Below, in pieces: positions 9,127 through 18,334 of a stretch of DNA of 64,000 nucleotides (within the stretch, counting starts at the first letter, position 1; every line of letters begins with the position of its first letter). The stretch is from the sequence record OM319461.1. The stretch is one strand, 5' to 3'. The notes under the pieces are model-generated. The model had not been told where the DNA came from. It made no database searches and saw only the letters and a program-made list of their open reading frames with translations. A program made the position numbers and the translations under genes.

Positions 9127-9719
9127 TGCTTACCGGATTCAGCGAAGACGATCTACGCATTATTGCAATTGACCCGGGGATCAATACTTGTGGTTTTGCT
9201 GTCTTAAGTATCTCGATGGAAACATTCGAGATCTCCATATTAGATGCTTATACTGTTAAGAGTAATTCTTTTGTTACTCAAAACAAAATGTTTGCAATGA
9301 TACACGGAGATAAGGCAGCTAAACTACATGGCCTTGAAGAACATATCTATACCCTTTGTGAAAGATGTGAACCATATATGGTAACAAGTGAAGCTCCTTT
9401 CATGGGGCGCTTTGCTGCTGCCTTCGGTGCTTTGAAAGAAGTTACTATGGTATTACGCAAAGGTTCGTATCGTTATGACTTCATGATGCCTTTTATGTTT
9501 ATTGAACCAACTCCGGTTAAAAAGCACATGAAAGTAAAAGGTACCAGCAGCGATAAAAACCTCATGACAGTCGCTCTAAGCAAGAGAACAGATTTGGTGT
9601 GGGCAGACACCATTGTGTTTGATAATCTTGACGAGCACTCTGTGGATGCGGTATCAGTTGGGCTTTACCATGTAGACCGTATACGGGAACAACTGATCAA
9701 AGAAAATAAAAAACATTAA
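9126..9719 (+). CDS. ruvC: RuvC-like Holliday junction resolvase
   Basis: IIAIDPGINTCGFAV, VTSEAPF and DEHSVDA catalytic motifs; TAATG coupling to the upstream gene. Confidence 0.85.
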   Translation: MLTGFSEDDLRIIAIDPGINTCGFAVLSISMETFEISILDAYTVKSNSFVTQNKMFAMIHGDKAAKLHGLEEHIYTLCERCEPYMVTSEAPFMGRFAAAFGALKEVTMVLRKGSYRYDFMMPFMFIEPTPVKKHMKVKGTSSDKNLMTVALSKRTDLVWADTIVFDNLDEHSVDAVSVGLYHVDRIREQLIKENKKH

Positions 9720-9724
9720 GTAAC

Positions 9725-9750
9725 TCCCTCTCTCCATTTGGAGAGAGGGA
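9725..9750. terminator. Bidirectional terminator-like hairpin after ruvC
   Basis: Perfect 11-bp stem tccctctctcc / ggagagaggga between convergent ORFs. Confidence 0.75.
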
Positions 9751-9755
9751 TGTTA

Positions 9756-10098
9756 TCATTTAACGATGTCCATGAGATGATCGCGACCGATGGTCTTGGC
9801 ATTCTTATAGACTACCGAAGTATAATCATATTTGTTTTCATGCTTTTGGCTTGCCCGTCGGATAAAATCATCGAGTCCCATTGACTGTTCCTTGGCTTGG
9901 TTTTCAAAGGAACATTTCTGACATGCCACAACTGCGTTTAAAGTGATCTGGGTACTGTTCAAAATCCCCGTGTTTACGACATGTAATTGTTACCTTGGTC
10001 CTGTTATTTGTATAATGCACTTTAGAATAATCAAACTTGTCGCCGTATTTTCTTTTACAAAAAGAAATGAAATTCTTTTCTCTTTCCTCTCTAGTCAT
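9756..10098 (-). pseudogene. Frameshifted, truncated remnant of a homing-endonuclease-type gene with two DUF723-like zinc-ribbon repeats
   Basis: KYGDKFDYSKVHYTNNRTKVTITCRKHGDFEQYPDHF...G / CQKC...KHENKYDYTSVVYKNAKT, joined by a +1 shift at GGC-A-TGT (about 9924); GGAG SD; no nuclease domain visible. Confidence 0.75.
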
Positions 10099-10129
10099 GT
10101 TTTTCTCCATAAATAGTATCAACACTACA

Positions 10130-10142
10130 GTTATATAGATCT
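10130..10142 (-). promoter_or_regulatory. Early-type promoter motif AGATCTATATAAC
   Basis: Motif variant about 30 nt upstream of the remnant's ATG. Confidence 0.65.
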
Positions 10143-10155
10143 AAGCCCTCTGTGA

Positions 10156-10227
10156 AACACTGACGCATGCTGTGTGGGTCTTTATCATCTAGATCGCATA
10201 AAAGAACAGCTAATGACCGACAAATAG
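10156..10227 (+). pseudogene. Stranded second copy of the ruvC 3' end (NTDACCVGLYHLDRIKEQLMTDK*)
   Basis: 13 of 17 residues identical to the RuvC C-terminus (DAVSVGLYHVDRIREQL); no start codon, and an in-frame TGA at 10153. Confidence 0.85.
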
Positions 10228-10280
10228 TATGGTTCTTATTTTCAAGAATCCATGGCTATTTTGGATGGAGCATTTCTGTA

Positions 10281-10625
10281 ATGTCTAATCGAACTTTAAC
10301 CTCTTATGGCTTAGGCAGTGGAGGTCTAGCGATTAGCACAAAGATTCATTCTGGTGAAGTAGTAGAGGCGGTTAAGTCCGCTTCTACTATTCCTTTTGAT
10401 TCGTTGTGGTATAAGCTATTTCCAAGCCTTGTGGAGTCAGGTTCACTAACACAGATTGATGGTAAGCTTTTGTTGGATGGTATTATATTGTCTGATGTGG
10501 TTTCTATCGCTGTCGGTGTTATCTCTGGTCTCGTACTGATGCATCGCGCCATTGGCGACTTTTATATCTTCCTACTCAAGAGAAAGAATGCTCGTCTAGA
10601 GCGTGACTTACTTGAAGAAGAATAA
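10281..10625 (+). CDS. Hypothetical single-TM protein (114 aa; start moved to MSNRTL)
   Basis: GGAG SD at 10267; hydrophobic segment VVSIAVGVISGLVLM followed by a basic/acidic tail. Confidence 0.75.
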   Translation: MSNRTLTSYGLGSGGLAISTKIHSGEVVEAVKSASTIPFDSLWYKLFPSLVESGSLTQIDGKLLLDGIILSDVVSIAVGVISGLVLMHRAIGDFYIFLLKRKNARLERDLLEEE

Positions 10626-10640
10626 AAAAAAAATAAATGA

Positions 10641-10672
10641 TACTCCCCCCTCCCATCAGGGAGGAGGGGTAT
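10641..10672. terminator. Bidirectional terminator between convergent genes
   Basis: GC-rich stem-loop flanked by A-rich and T-rich tracts. Confidence 0.7.
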
Positions 10673-10680
10673 TATTATTT

Positions 10681-13281
10681 TTACTTGTGCTTAACGCCGA
10701 TTAGACGAACCATGCCAAAGTCTACATCTTCACATGCAAACACAAACATGTCACCAGCCGCATTGATCAAGTACAGGTACTCAGTACGATCAGGTTTAGT
10801 TGGGATTGCTTGGAATACACCAGCAACAATACGCCATAGATCTTGTCCGTGAACTGGATCAACGATTGCTGCACTGTAGCTATCTTTTGGTAGTTGGAAC
10901 TCTTTCAAGAACGCCACATGACCAGACTGCTCATTAACCAGCATTTGTGCTAATGCTTTTGGAGCTTTTGGTTCTTCACTTTCGTCTTCATCTTCTTCTA
11001 CGTCATCGTCAGTAGTGAACGAAATACCTTCATTGGAGATATTGAAGAAGTTTTCACGAATGTTTGTGATCTCTTCCAAGAACGACTCCATTGCGTTTTG
11101 GCTCTGTAGGTATTCTACTACAGCCGAAACATCTTTAGGGAATTCGATCATGTCAGCTGTCGCACGTGGTACGCCCATGCGATTGTAGATCACGTCAGTG
11201 AATAGCGGAGACAATTGTTGAGTCATGTATTGACATAAGTCGTATTGCTCTGCGTGTCCTGCTGCTTGGTATAATGCCAATAGACCTTGTAATGGATCTT
11301 CAGCATTCAGCTCGTCTAGTAGTTCGTCCGCTACGTTTAGAATAGGAGTTTCTTCACGTAGTTCGAAAGGACTAACGATCAGTGCACCTTGGTCAGCTGC
11401 GGTTGCTTGTTTCATTGCCGTTTGTACTGCCAGACCAGAAATGTTCATTGCATCAATGTACTCTTCTGCCATTTGTACTTTAGGGAATGTAGGAACACAT
11501 TGACCAGTATTTTCAGCAACCAATGGTGCTGCTTCAGGAGCAGTGTATTCACCATGGCCTGAGCTTAGGATATAACCTAGATGTTTTTCACGTTGCATAA
11601 AGCGCTCACGATTTACTACGAACTCAACACAAGTGTCTGGGTAGTACGCCAAAGCACGAGCATGAGTTTTGTTGTTTACAAGTACGGTTAGAGGAGCCAT
11701 CTCTTTTGGTAGGTATGGTTCATCTTCGATTAGTGCTGCTGCGTAATCTGTACCGTCGATTGTTACATGGAAGCGGTAATCCGCACCAAGGTCGTTTGCT
11801 GGGGTTTCCATAGTATTTCCTTCTACTTCTACAGGTGCTGTAGTTGGTTGTGGTGCAACAGCATACTCTTCGAAGCCAGTTAGATGCATCGTTGGGTCAT
11901 CTTGACTTGGAGCTGTTGTTTCGAAAGCAGGTGTCTTGTTCGCCATCATTGCGAACTCCATGCCAGGGATATCCATATTAGGATTGCTTGCTGGCTGGGT
12001 AGCAGGCTGCTGTTGGTTAACTTGCCATGCTGGTTGTTGCTGCTGATTCGCATTCCAAGCTGGCTGCTGTGCTGCTGGTGTGTAGCTTTGTTGTTGCTGT
12101 GCCGCACGGTACTGTTCAAACCAAGCAGACTGACGACCAGTAAGGTCAACCAAAATCTCTTGCCCACTTTGGTTACGGAAGATAACGATTGGCATGCCTT
12201 CTGAGTCGAAGATCATTTGGCCGTTGTCTTGTAGTTGGTAAAGAGAACCACCAACGTAAGCTTGCATGTCAGCAGGGTTAACGTTGATTGTCTGACCTTG
12301 TGCAGTAACGATAGGCTGGTTTTGGAAGTTGATAAGGATTGATTGTGGTGCTGTGTTGAAAGTGTTGAATGCTGGGTTGTATGCGTTGTACATTGTTTCT
12401 GTCTCCGGTTCCGGGGTAAGTTTGAAATTGATTGCAGTATTTTGTTCCATGTTTGCTGTGTAGCCCATTGCTGGTCCACCAGTTGTCACGGAGGTTGTGT
12501 TACTGAGCTGTTCGATAGTGCGCTTGGCACGGGCTTCTAATTCAAGCTTCTTGTTGAACTCACGTTCTTGGCTGTCAAGCATGTCTGACACGCCAGGGTC
12601 AAGATGTTTGAAATGATATGCTTCATCATTTGGCATTGTGATACTTCCAGTTAAGCTTTTACCTTGAGCTATCTGTGTAAGTGATATAGGTTTAGCTTTT
12701 TGTCGAGATATCTCTGCTAGCTTCTTTGCTGAGTTTTGAAGACCTTCAATATGGATGCCTTCTGACTGTAGCAGTTCTGCTTTCAGTTTGCTGTATTCCA
12801 GACGTACTCGCTCACCACGTGATACGTAGTCAAGTTTGTACTCTTCGGATACTGGCTCTCGATTAGGATCAGAATACCAAAACGAACACATCCAATCCCA
12901 GCAAAGTTCACCGGCATGTTGTATTACATTTGGCATTGTTCTGACGCCCACAGTACCACTCTGCATGCGAATTGTATCAGCGATGATTGTTTCATACACG
13001 GCAGGTATCATCTGCTCTGAGAGGCTGTCGTAGCCCATCTGTGTACTTGGATCAATCATCTGTTCGTAGTACTTCGTCATTACCGAAGAACCACATAGCT
13101 GTTCCATTCGCACATAGAAGTGTTGAATACCTTCACGAATTTCTTTTAAAAGTTGTTCGCTTTGATAATCATTATTCAGGATATTGTAGCCGGTTACATA
13201 CGTTGCTGCACCGGCGCGCTTTACCTTACCCTGAATATATTTTCCCGTTACCTGATACGCAAGAAAGTCGGGTGTTCTCAC
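10681..13281 (-). CDS. Conserved hypothetical protein (phiKZ gp124-like position, 866 aa) with central Q/A/P-rich low-complexity region
   Basis: Long ORF, GTG start with AGGTG SD, directly downstream of the nvRNAP subunit. Confidence 0.8.
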   Translation of the reverse strand: MRTPDFLAYQVTGKYIQGKVKRAGAATYVTGYNILNNDYQSEQLLKEIREGIQHFYVRMEQLCGSSVMTKYYEQMIDPSTQMGYDSLSEQMIPAVYETIIADTIRMQSGTVGVRTMPNVIQHAGELCWDWMCSFWYSDPNREPVSEEYKLDYVSRGERVRLEYSKLKAELLQSEGIHIEGLQNSAKKLAEISRQKAKPISLTQIAQGKSLTGSITMPNDEAYHFKHLDPGVSDMLDSQEREFNKKLELEARAKRTIEQLSNTTSVTTGGPAMGYTANMEQNTAINFKLTPEPETETMYNAYNPAFNTFNTAPQSILINFQNQPIVTAQGQTINVNPADMQAYVGGSLYQLQDNGQMIFDSEGMPIVIFRNQSGQEILVDLTGRQSAWFEQYRAAQQQQSYTPAAQQPAWNANQQQQPAWQVNQQQPATQPASNPNMDIPGMEFAMMANKTPAFETTAPSQDDPTMHLTGFEEYAVAPQPTTAPVEVEGNTMETPANDLGADYRFHVTIDGTDYAAALIEDEPYLPKEMAPLTVLVNNKTHARALAYYPDTCVEFVVNRERFMQREKHLGYILSSGHGEYTAPEAAPLVAENTGQCVPTFPKVQMAEEYIDAMNISGLAVQTAMKQATAADQGALIVSPFELREETPILNVADELLDELNAEDPLQGLLALYQAAGHAEQYDLCQYMTQQLSPLFTDVIYNRMGVPRATADMIEFPKDVSAVVEYLQSQNAMESFLEEITNIRENFFNISNEGISFTTDDDVEEDEDESEEPKAPKALAQMLVNEQSGHVAFLKEFQLPKDSYSAAIVDPVHGQDLWRIVAGVFQAIPTKPDRTEYLYLINAAGDMFVFACEDVDFGMVRLIGVKHK

Positions 13282-13288
13282 AAGTCAC

Positions 13289-14860
13289 CTATTTAAGTCG
13301 GTTAAATTCTTCGCGGTAGCCATCTAGTAACGGATCCTGAAGGACCTCGTTATTTGGGCCTAGTTTAATGGCTGGACGAATACGGTTTGATGCAGTAGGT
13401 GATGACTTTGTAATCATACGCAGACTGAATGGCTCTAGCATTTCTGAATCGAGGAAGTACATTGGGTTCTTCATATCCGATGCAGATGCAGTACCACCGT
13501 TCTTAGAAGGACGATACATCAAACTTGTGATCTTCATTGTCTTACTGTCTGTTGCAGACTCTACAAGGGAAATCTCAGGATGTCCACTCGCTAGCTTAAC
13601 GACTAGATTCTGAGAGAAGCCGCGGTTAAACAGATCTTCTATCACATCTTTGCGGAACTTGACTGGATCAAGACCACGAACGTTAAACATAAGACGGTGA
13701 ATCATAATAACCATATCGTGAATGATAGGCTCAATGATTCGTAGCTCTTTGCCGTTTGTAGATGCAGGATTTGTTTTGATGGTCATATCCTGGAAGTTCA
13801 TCATTACATAACGGAAGAGTTCCCAGATTGTTTCTACTGGTAGTCCTGCTACACGAATACGACGACGAACTGATTCATCGATATATTCTTCTAGAGACCC
13901 CAGGTGGTTTTCAATCTGTTCGATTGCTTCCAATGCACTTGGGTTACGCCAGATAAAACGAGACAAAGCACGCTTCCATAAATTTGGGTCTTCCATGTTC
14001 TCTGGGCGCATGTAAGCAAGATCGGCGCAGTTATCAAGGATATAGAAGAAAGACGCAATGAACGCTTCTGTGACGCGCGTATGATGCTCTTTCTTAACCA
14101 TGAGTACTACGTCTGGTTTTGTGTATTGCGGTAAGCGCATTTTAGGCTTCTTACCTGCTGAAGTGCACTTAACCCATTCATCTTCTGGAAAGTCAGTTTC
14201 TGAATATGCATCTTCGGCAATGATTGCTACTTCCATACCCATGTAACGAAATGCTTCAGTAGCACCCCATAAACAAAAGTAGTAGTTAAGCAGCTGTGGA
14301 TGGCGACTCGGTGGAGCTTCGTCTTTCGCTGTAAAGTGAAGACGGGCACAATGAACATCTACAGGAACAAGACGTCCTTCGCAATGATAGTAATAATCTT
14401 CGCGATAAACGTTTACTGGTGCGCGTGGAATCGGAATGAATACCTTGCCTTCTTCAATAGAGAAGAATTGATCAGATAGTGTTGGCGAGACGACATAACG
14501 ACTATCCTTAATAGTCATTAGACCATCACCATCTAGAAACGGCAGGTACATATAACGCGGACGCATACTTTCACCGGCGAACGAAAAGTTAAAACGATAT
14601 AGAGCAGACGTTGTTAACGATTGTTCGAATTGGTTCTTGTTACCACGAGGACGAACTATTTCAGCATAAGCTTCTTTCGGATCCGCAAGACAACAGCCAA
14701 GATACTTGAGTTTATCAAAGTCTTTAAAAGCTTGATGAAACGTCATGTCGATCACCGTAGGGATATCGGGGAATTCTTCGATTGCCATTCCGTGACAAAC
14801 TTTAGGATTCCAGCGAGTACCTTGTGAGACAATAGCATTAGCGATATCTGGATCTATCAT
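13289..14860 (-). CDS. Non-virion RNA polymerase beta subunit, N-terminal part (phiKZ gp123-like)
   Basis: 523 aa; RYMYLPFLDGDGLMTIKDSRYVVSPTLSD motif; synteny next to the MCP. Confidence 0.85.
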   Translation of the reverse strand: MIDPDIANAIVSQGTRWNPKVCHGMAIEEFPDIPTVIDMTFHQAFKDFDKLKYLGCCLADPKEAYAEIVRPRGNKNQFEQSLTTSALYRFNFSFAGESMRPRYMYLPFLDGDGLMTIKDSRYVVSPTLSDQFFSIEEGKVFIPIPRAPVNVYREDYYYHCEGRLVPVDVHCARLHFTAKDEAPPSRHPQLLNYYFCLWGATEAFRYMGMEVAIIAEDAYSETDFPEDEWVKCTSAGKKPKMRLPQYTKPDVVLMVKKEHHTRVTEAFIASFFYILDNCADLAYMRPENMEDPNLWKRALSRFIWRNPSALEAIEQIENHLGSLEEYIDESVRRRIRVAGLPVETIWELFRYVMMNFQDMTIKTNPASTNGKELRIIEPIIHDMVIMIHRLMFNVRGLDPVKFRKDVIEDLFNRGFSQNLVVKLASGHPEISLVESATDSKTMKITSLMYRPSKNGGTASASDMKNPMYFLDSEMLEPFSLRMITKSSPTASNRIRPAIKLGPNNEVLQDPLLDGYREEFNRLK

Positions 14861-14904
14861 GTTTTTCTCCTCTGTTCTGACACACGATTTCGCGAGTCTG
14901 TAAG

Positions 14905-15972
14905 TTATGATAATGCAAAGATACCACCGACAATGGCGAGTAGCTTTAACACAGGGGCAATGATATCTGACAGTGTTTTTGTCAGCTTGCCGAAGAACGA
15001 TTGATTCGTGTCACGCTTGACATTCTTCGCTTCGTTCCGGGTGCGCTCTAATTCAGCCTTAAGCTCTGTGATCTGGTCTTCTGCTTCTCTGCATTTGGCC
15101 TTCTCGATCATGAGCTCCTTGACAGCGCTCTTCTCTGCTTTACTCTTGGAGTCAAACAGAGCGAAGGTATACTTTTGACCATCATAGTCACATTCTACCT
15201 TCTTTGTATCCGCGTCCATGTGGACAACATCAACAAGTTCTTCACCACATCTAGTTGTTACATAGACACGAAGAACAAATCTACCACGGCGTTCGGACGT
15301 CTCCTCGACCAACGTAGATAATGTCATTCCATTTAGGTTATAGTAGTAGGTACCACCGTGACCCTCTGGAGCAGATACGTGAAAACGAAGTCCAAGTGCA
15401 GAGGAGTTACCCAAGTCACTAGAACCATGAAGGGAGGTCACCTTATTCATCAACGTAGATGGGTTAACACCAATCGTAACACCAATGAACGGCAGGTAAA
15501 CACCATGTAAGTTATTCTGAAGTGTTTCAGAGGAAACAAAGATCAGATAACTATAGTTGTCGATATTGCATCTAGCAACATCTTCTGCCGTAGGTGGGTC
15601 AATGGATACAAAGTCATAAAGCTTCGTATGTGACGCCACAGTCCCATGGAGATCATAAGTCGAAGTAACTTCGATTAAGATACCATCTTTAGCTCGTACC
15701 CTGTCCAATAAAGGACCTACTCGAGCTTGACTGTGCTCCGTGTTAGATGGTCGAATGTTGACCATGGGTGGAACCCGACCAACATGTCCGTCACCACGAC
15801 AGACATAAAGGTCAGCTCCTCCTCTATTAAAATTATAGATCGAGTACGAAGAAGTATTCAGATCTAAAAGACCAGGACCGATTAGGTGCTGTCTTAATGT
15901 TTCGCCGACTTTAGCATTGCTAATTTCATCGACGTTTCCGCTGAGGCGGAATGCAACCATCTTAGTGCGCAT
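14905..15972 (-). CDS. Conserved hypothetical protein (phiKZ gp122-like) with C-terminal coiled coil and hydrophobic tail
   Basis: 355 aa; GGAGG SD; first gene after the early motif. Confidence 0.8.
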   Translation of the reverse strand: MRTKMVAFRLSGNVDEISNAKVGETLRQHLIGPGLLDLNTSSYSIYNFNRGGADLYVCRGDGHVGRVPPMVNIRPSNTEHSQARVGPLLDRVRAKDGILIEVTSTYDLHGTVASHTKLYDFVSIDPPTAEDVARCNIDNYSYLIFVSSETLQNNLHGVYLPFIGVTIGVNPSTLMNKVTSLHGSSDLGNSSALGLRFHVSAPEGHGGTYYYNLNGMTLSTLVEETSERRGRFVLRVYVTTRCGEELVDVVHMDADTKKVECDYDGQKYTFALFDSKSKAEKSAVKELMIEKAKCREAEDQITELKAELERTRNEAKNVKRDTNQSFFGKLTKTLSDIIAPVLKLLAIVGGIFALS

Positions 15973-16012
15973 AATAGCCTCCCCTCTAAAATAAAGAATT
16001 AGTATACATGCA

Positions 16013-16025
16013 GTAATATAGAGAT
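16013..16025 (-). promoter_or_regulatory. Early-type promoter motif ATCTCTATATTAC
   Basis: Exact motif; shares 16 nt (catgcagtaatataga) with the copy at 60206-60221. Confidence 0.8.
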
Positions 16026-16061
16026 GAAGGTATTTTGAAAATTGCGAAAAAGAAAAGAAAT

Positions 16062-16085
16062 ACGGCTGCCCCGAAGGACAGCCGT
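16062..16085 (-). terminator. Intrinsic terminator after the major capsid gene
   Basis: UUCG stem-loop followed by TTTCTTTTCTTTTT on the minus strand. Confidence 0.8.
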
Positions 16086-16108
16086 GTTTCGTTCAGTCAA
16101 CCGACAGA

Positions 16109-18274
16109 TTATGCAGGTTGTAGGTAGAACTCTTCGATACCAGTAACGTCGATACGACCTAGGATAGGTAGCGTAACGTGGAAAGACGTACGTGGAATGA
16201 TTTGTTGCATTGTGTGCGTAGAACCACCTAGTGATACTTGTGCTTGGTGTACGAACGGAGAACACATGATTTGTGTACCGAAAGACATTACGTCAGCACC
16301 AGTAGTATCTGTACGTGCTAGAGATACGTAGATCTTACCGCGCATACGTGCGTCGTCAAGCTCACTTACTTTGAAGCGACGGTTGTTGCCTAGAGTACGG
16401 CCATCACCTGAAGTCATTAGGTGGTTAGCGATGATTGGATCTGTAACTACGATTACTTCGAAGTTAGAACGAGAACCAGTGTACATTTCTAGAGCTGGTA
16501 GGTAACCAGAATCAACGATCAGACGGTTAGCAAGCATTGTGATTGCGTTCACCAAGTGTACACGCAAGTCTTCGTTACCGTAACGAGAGTCGCGGTTACG
16601 AACGATTTGGTTTACGTTGATGCCGTTCTTGATGTATTTAGATTCAACAAGTTGACCACCGATTGCAGCAGCGTTGCCTGGTAGATCTTGAGTAGCGATC
16701 AGTTTCTTCTCGAATTCAAGAAGAGTAGTTACTGAAGTACCAAGGTCACGTAGACGTGCAGCAGAAGATAGACCATCGATTGATACGCCGTTACCTAGTG
16801 CAGCGATTGGCTTAACAGTAGATAGTGGAGCACCTAGTGGAGCAGCTAGACGGTACTTAGTTACACGACCAGCGTCAACGATAGTACCAACATCACGCAT
16901 GTTGCTGTTTGAACGACGAGCAGCTGGGAAGTAACCAGATTCTTCTTTAACGATTGTTACTAGAGCAATGAATGCAGCTAGTTGAGTAGCGTCAGCAGTA
17001 GAAGCGTAGTTAGTACCGAAGTCAACCGCAACGATTTCAGCAGCAGCTAGGTCTACAGTCATGTTCGCATCTTCGTCGATTTGAGCAGAGACACGTAGCT
17101 GTAGTTTCATACGGTAGTCGCCAGTTAGCCATGCTAGACTAGAAGTGTCTAGGCCAGCACTTACAGCAGCGCCTGCGTAGTCAAGGTCAGTAGAGTGTAC
17201 CCATACAGTGAATACGCCTACAGTAGTTGAAGTACGCTCGAAGCCTTCAGCTTGGTAGTTAAGCATTGCGCCAGCGTGAGTAGTTAGATCTACTTCAACG
17301 TCAACATTGTCAGTAGAGTCTTTTAGACGGATTACTTGACGACCGATAGATACTAGTGGATCTAGAGTATCTTGTTCAGTCATGTCACCTAGTTTGATTA
17401 GCTGACTGTTAGACGAAACGTCGATTAGGTCAGTTGGCTCACCGAACTTAAGTGGACGAGTGTTGAATGTAACACCGTGTTGAGTTACAGCTTTCTCAGC
17501 GATTGCCGCTTGTAGTTTAGCTGCACGTGCTGCATCAGAAACCGGAATGATTTCAGTGCTGTTGTCTTCCATGATAGTATGGTCGATAGGAGCACGAACA
17601 AGGTATTTACGTTGGAATTTGTTTTCTGCACCAGTACCTGGACGGTAAGTACGACGGTAAGTGTATGGAACCAACACTTTAAGGTCTAGACCGTTTTGAG
17701 ACGCAGGTAGTACAGATGGACGGAAGAACGTTTGAGAGAACGGAGAAGTTGCTGCAACAACACCAGCAGTCATTGCTGATTTAACAGTGAACTTGTCGAA
17801 TTTGAAATCGTCAAAGCCTTCAACGTCGTAGCCGTCTAGCGCACCGATAACTTCTGTGTCAGCATCCATGTTTGCAGATGGTGATACGTAAGCTTCAGCG
17901 TAAGCTTGTGGAGCAGCAGCAGCGATAACCATTGTCGCAGCAGCAGTTAGACCAGCTTGGAAACCAGGGTGGTCAGCAGCTTCTTTGTCTAGGAAATCAG
18001 CAACGCGTGCTTTTTCTGAACCTACAAGAAGTTTTGCTAGGAATTCGTCGAATTTAGCTTCTTCGATTACTGACTTAGCAGCTTGTACCGCAGCAGTTAG
18101 AGTTTCTGCTTTGCTTGCTTCAAGCTTGTCCCAGTTGCCGTTGAATTCAGCAAGGATTTGGCCAGCTTCAGAAGTTAGAGACATGCTTTGGTCAGCGATT
18201 GCTGCTTGCATGTTCTCATGGATGATCTCGAATTGAGACTTACCGTACGTAGTATTCAGGAATGAATTTAACAT
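16109..18274 (-). CDS. Major capsid protein precursor (phiKZ gp120-like)
   Basis: 721 aa with extreme codon bias; PFSQTFFRPSVL, FNTRPLKFG and VIVVTDPIIANHL motifs; Ala/Glu-rich propeptide. Confidence 0.92.
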   Translation of the reverse strand: MLNSFLNTTYGKSQFEIIHENMQAAIADQSMSLTSEAGQILAEFNGNWDKLEASKAETLTAAVQAAKSVIEEAKFDEFLAKLLVGSEKARVADFLDKEAADHPGFQAGLTAAATMVIAAAAPQAYAEAYVSPSANMDADTEVIGALDGYDVEGFDDFKFDKFTVKSAMTAGVVAATSPFSQTFFRPSVLPASQNGLDLKVLVPYTYRRTYRPGTGAENKFQRKYLVRAPIDHTIMEDNSTEIIPVSDAARAAKLQAAIAEKAVTQHGVTFNTRPLKFGEPTDLIDVSSNSQLIKLGDMTEQDTLDPLVSIGRQVIRLKDSTDNVDVEVDLTTHAGAMLNYQAEGFERTSTTVGVFTVWVHSTDLDYAGAAVSAGLDTSSLAWLTGDYRMKLQLRVSAQIDEDANMTVDLAAAEIVAVDFGTNYASTADATQLAAFIALVTIVKEESGYFPAARRSNSNMRDVGTIVDAGRVTKYRLAAPLGAPLSTVKPIAALGNGVSIDGLSSAARLRDLGTSVTTLLEFEKKLIATQDLPGNAAAIGGQLVESKYIKNGINVNQIVRNRDSRYGNEDLRVHLVNAITMLANRLIVDSGYLPALEMYTGSRSNFEVIVVTDPIIANHLMTSGDGRTLGNNRRFKVSELDDARMRGKIYVSLARTDTTGADVMSFGTQIMCSPFVHQAQVSLGGSTHTMQQIIPRTSFHVTLPILGRIDVTGIEEFYLQPA

Positions 18275-18334
18275 GTTTTTGTTCCTCGAGTTTTAAAAAC
18301 AAGATGTTTGTCAAAATTTTTTCGGTTTTCCTAA

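Noticed and set aside
10167-10280. ORF-track N-terminal extension of the 152-aa ORF (MLCGSLSS...)
   Set aside because: An off-frame reading of the ruvC relic; the SD supports ATG 10281.
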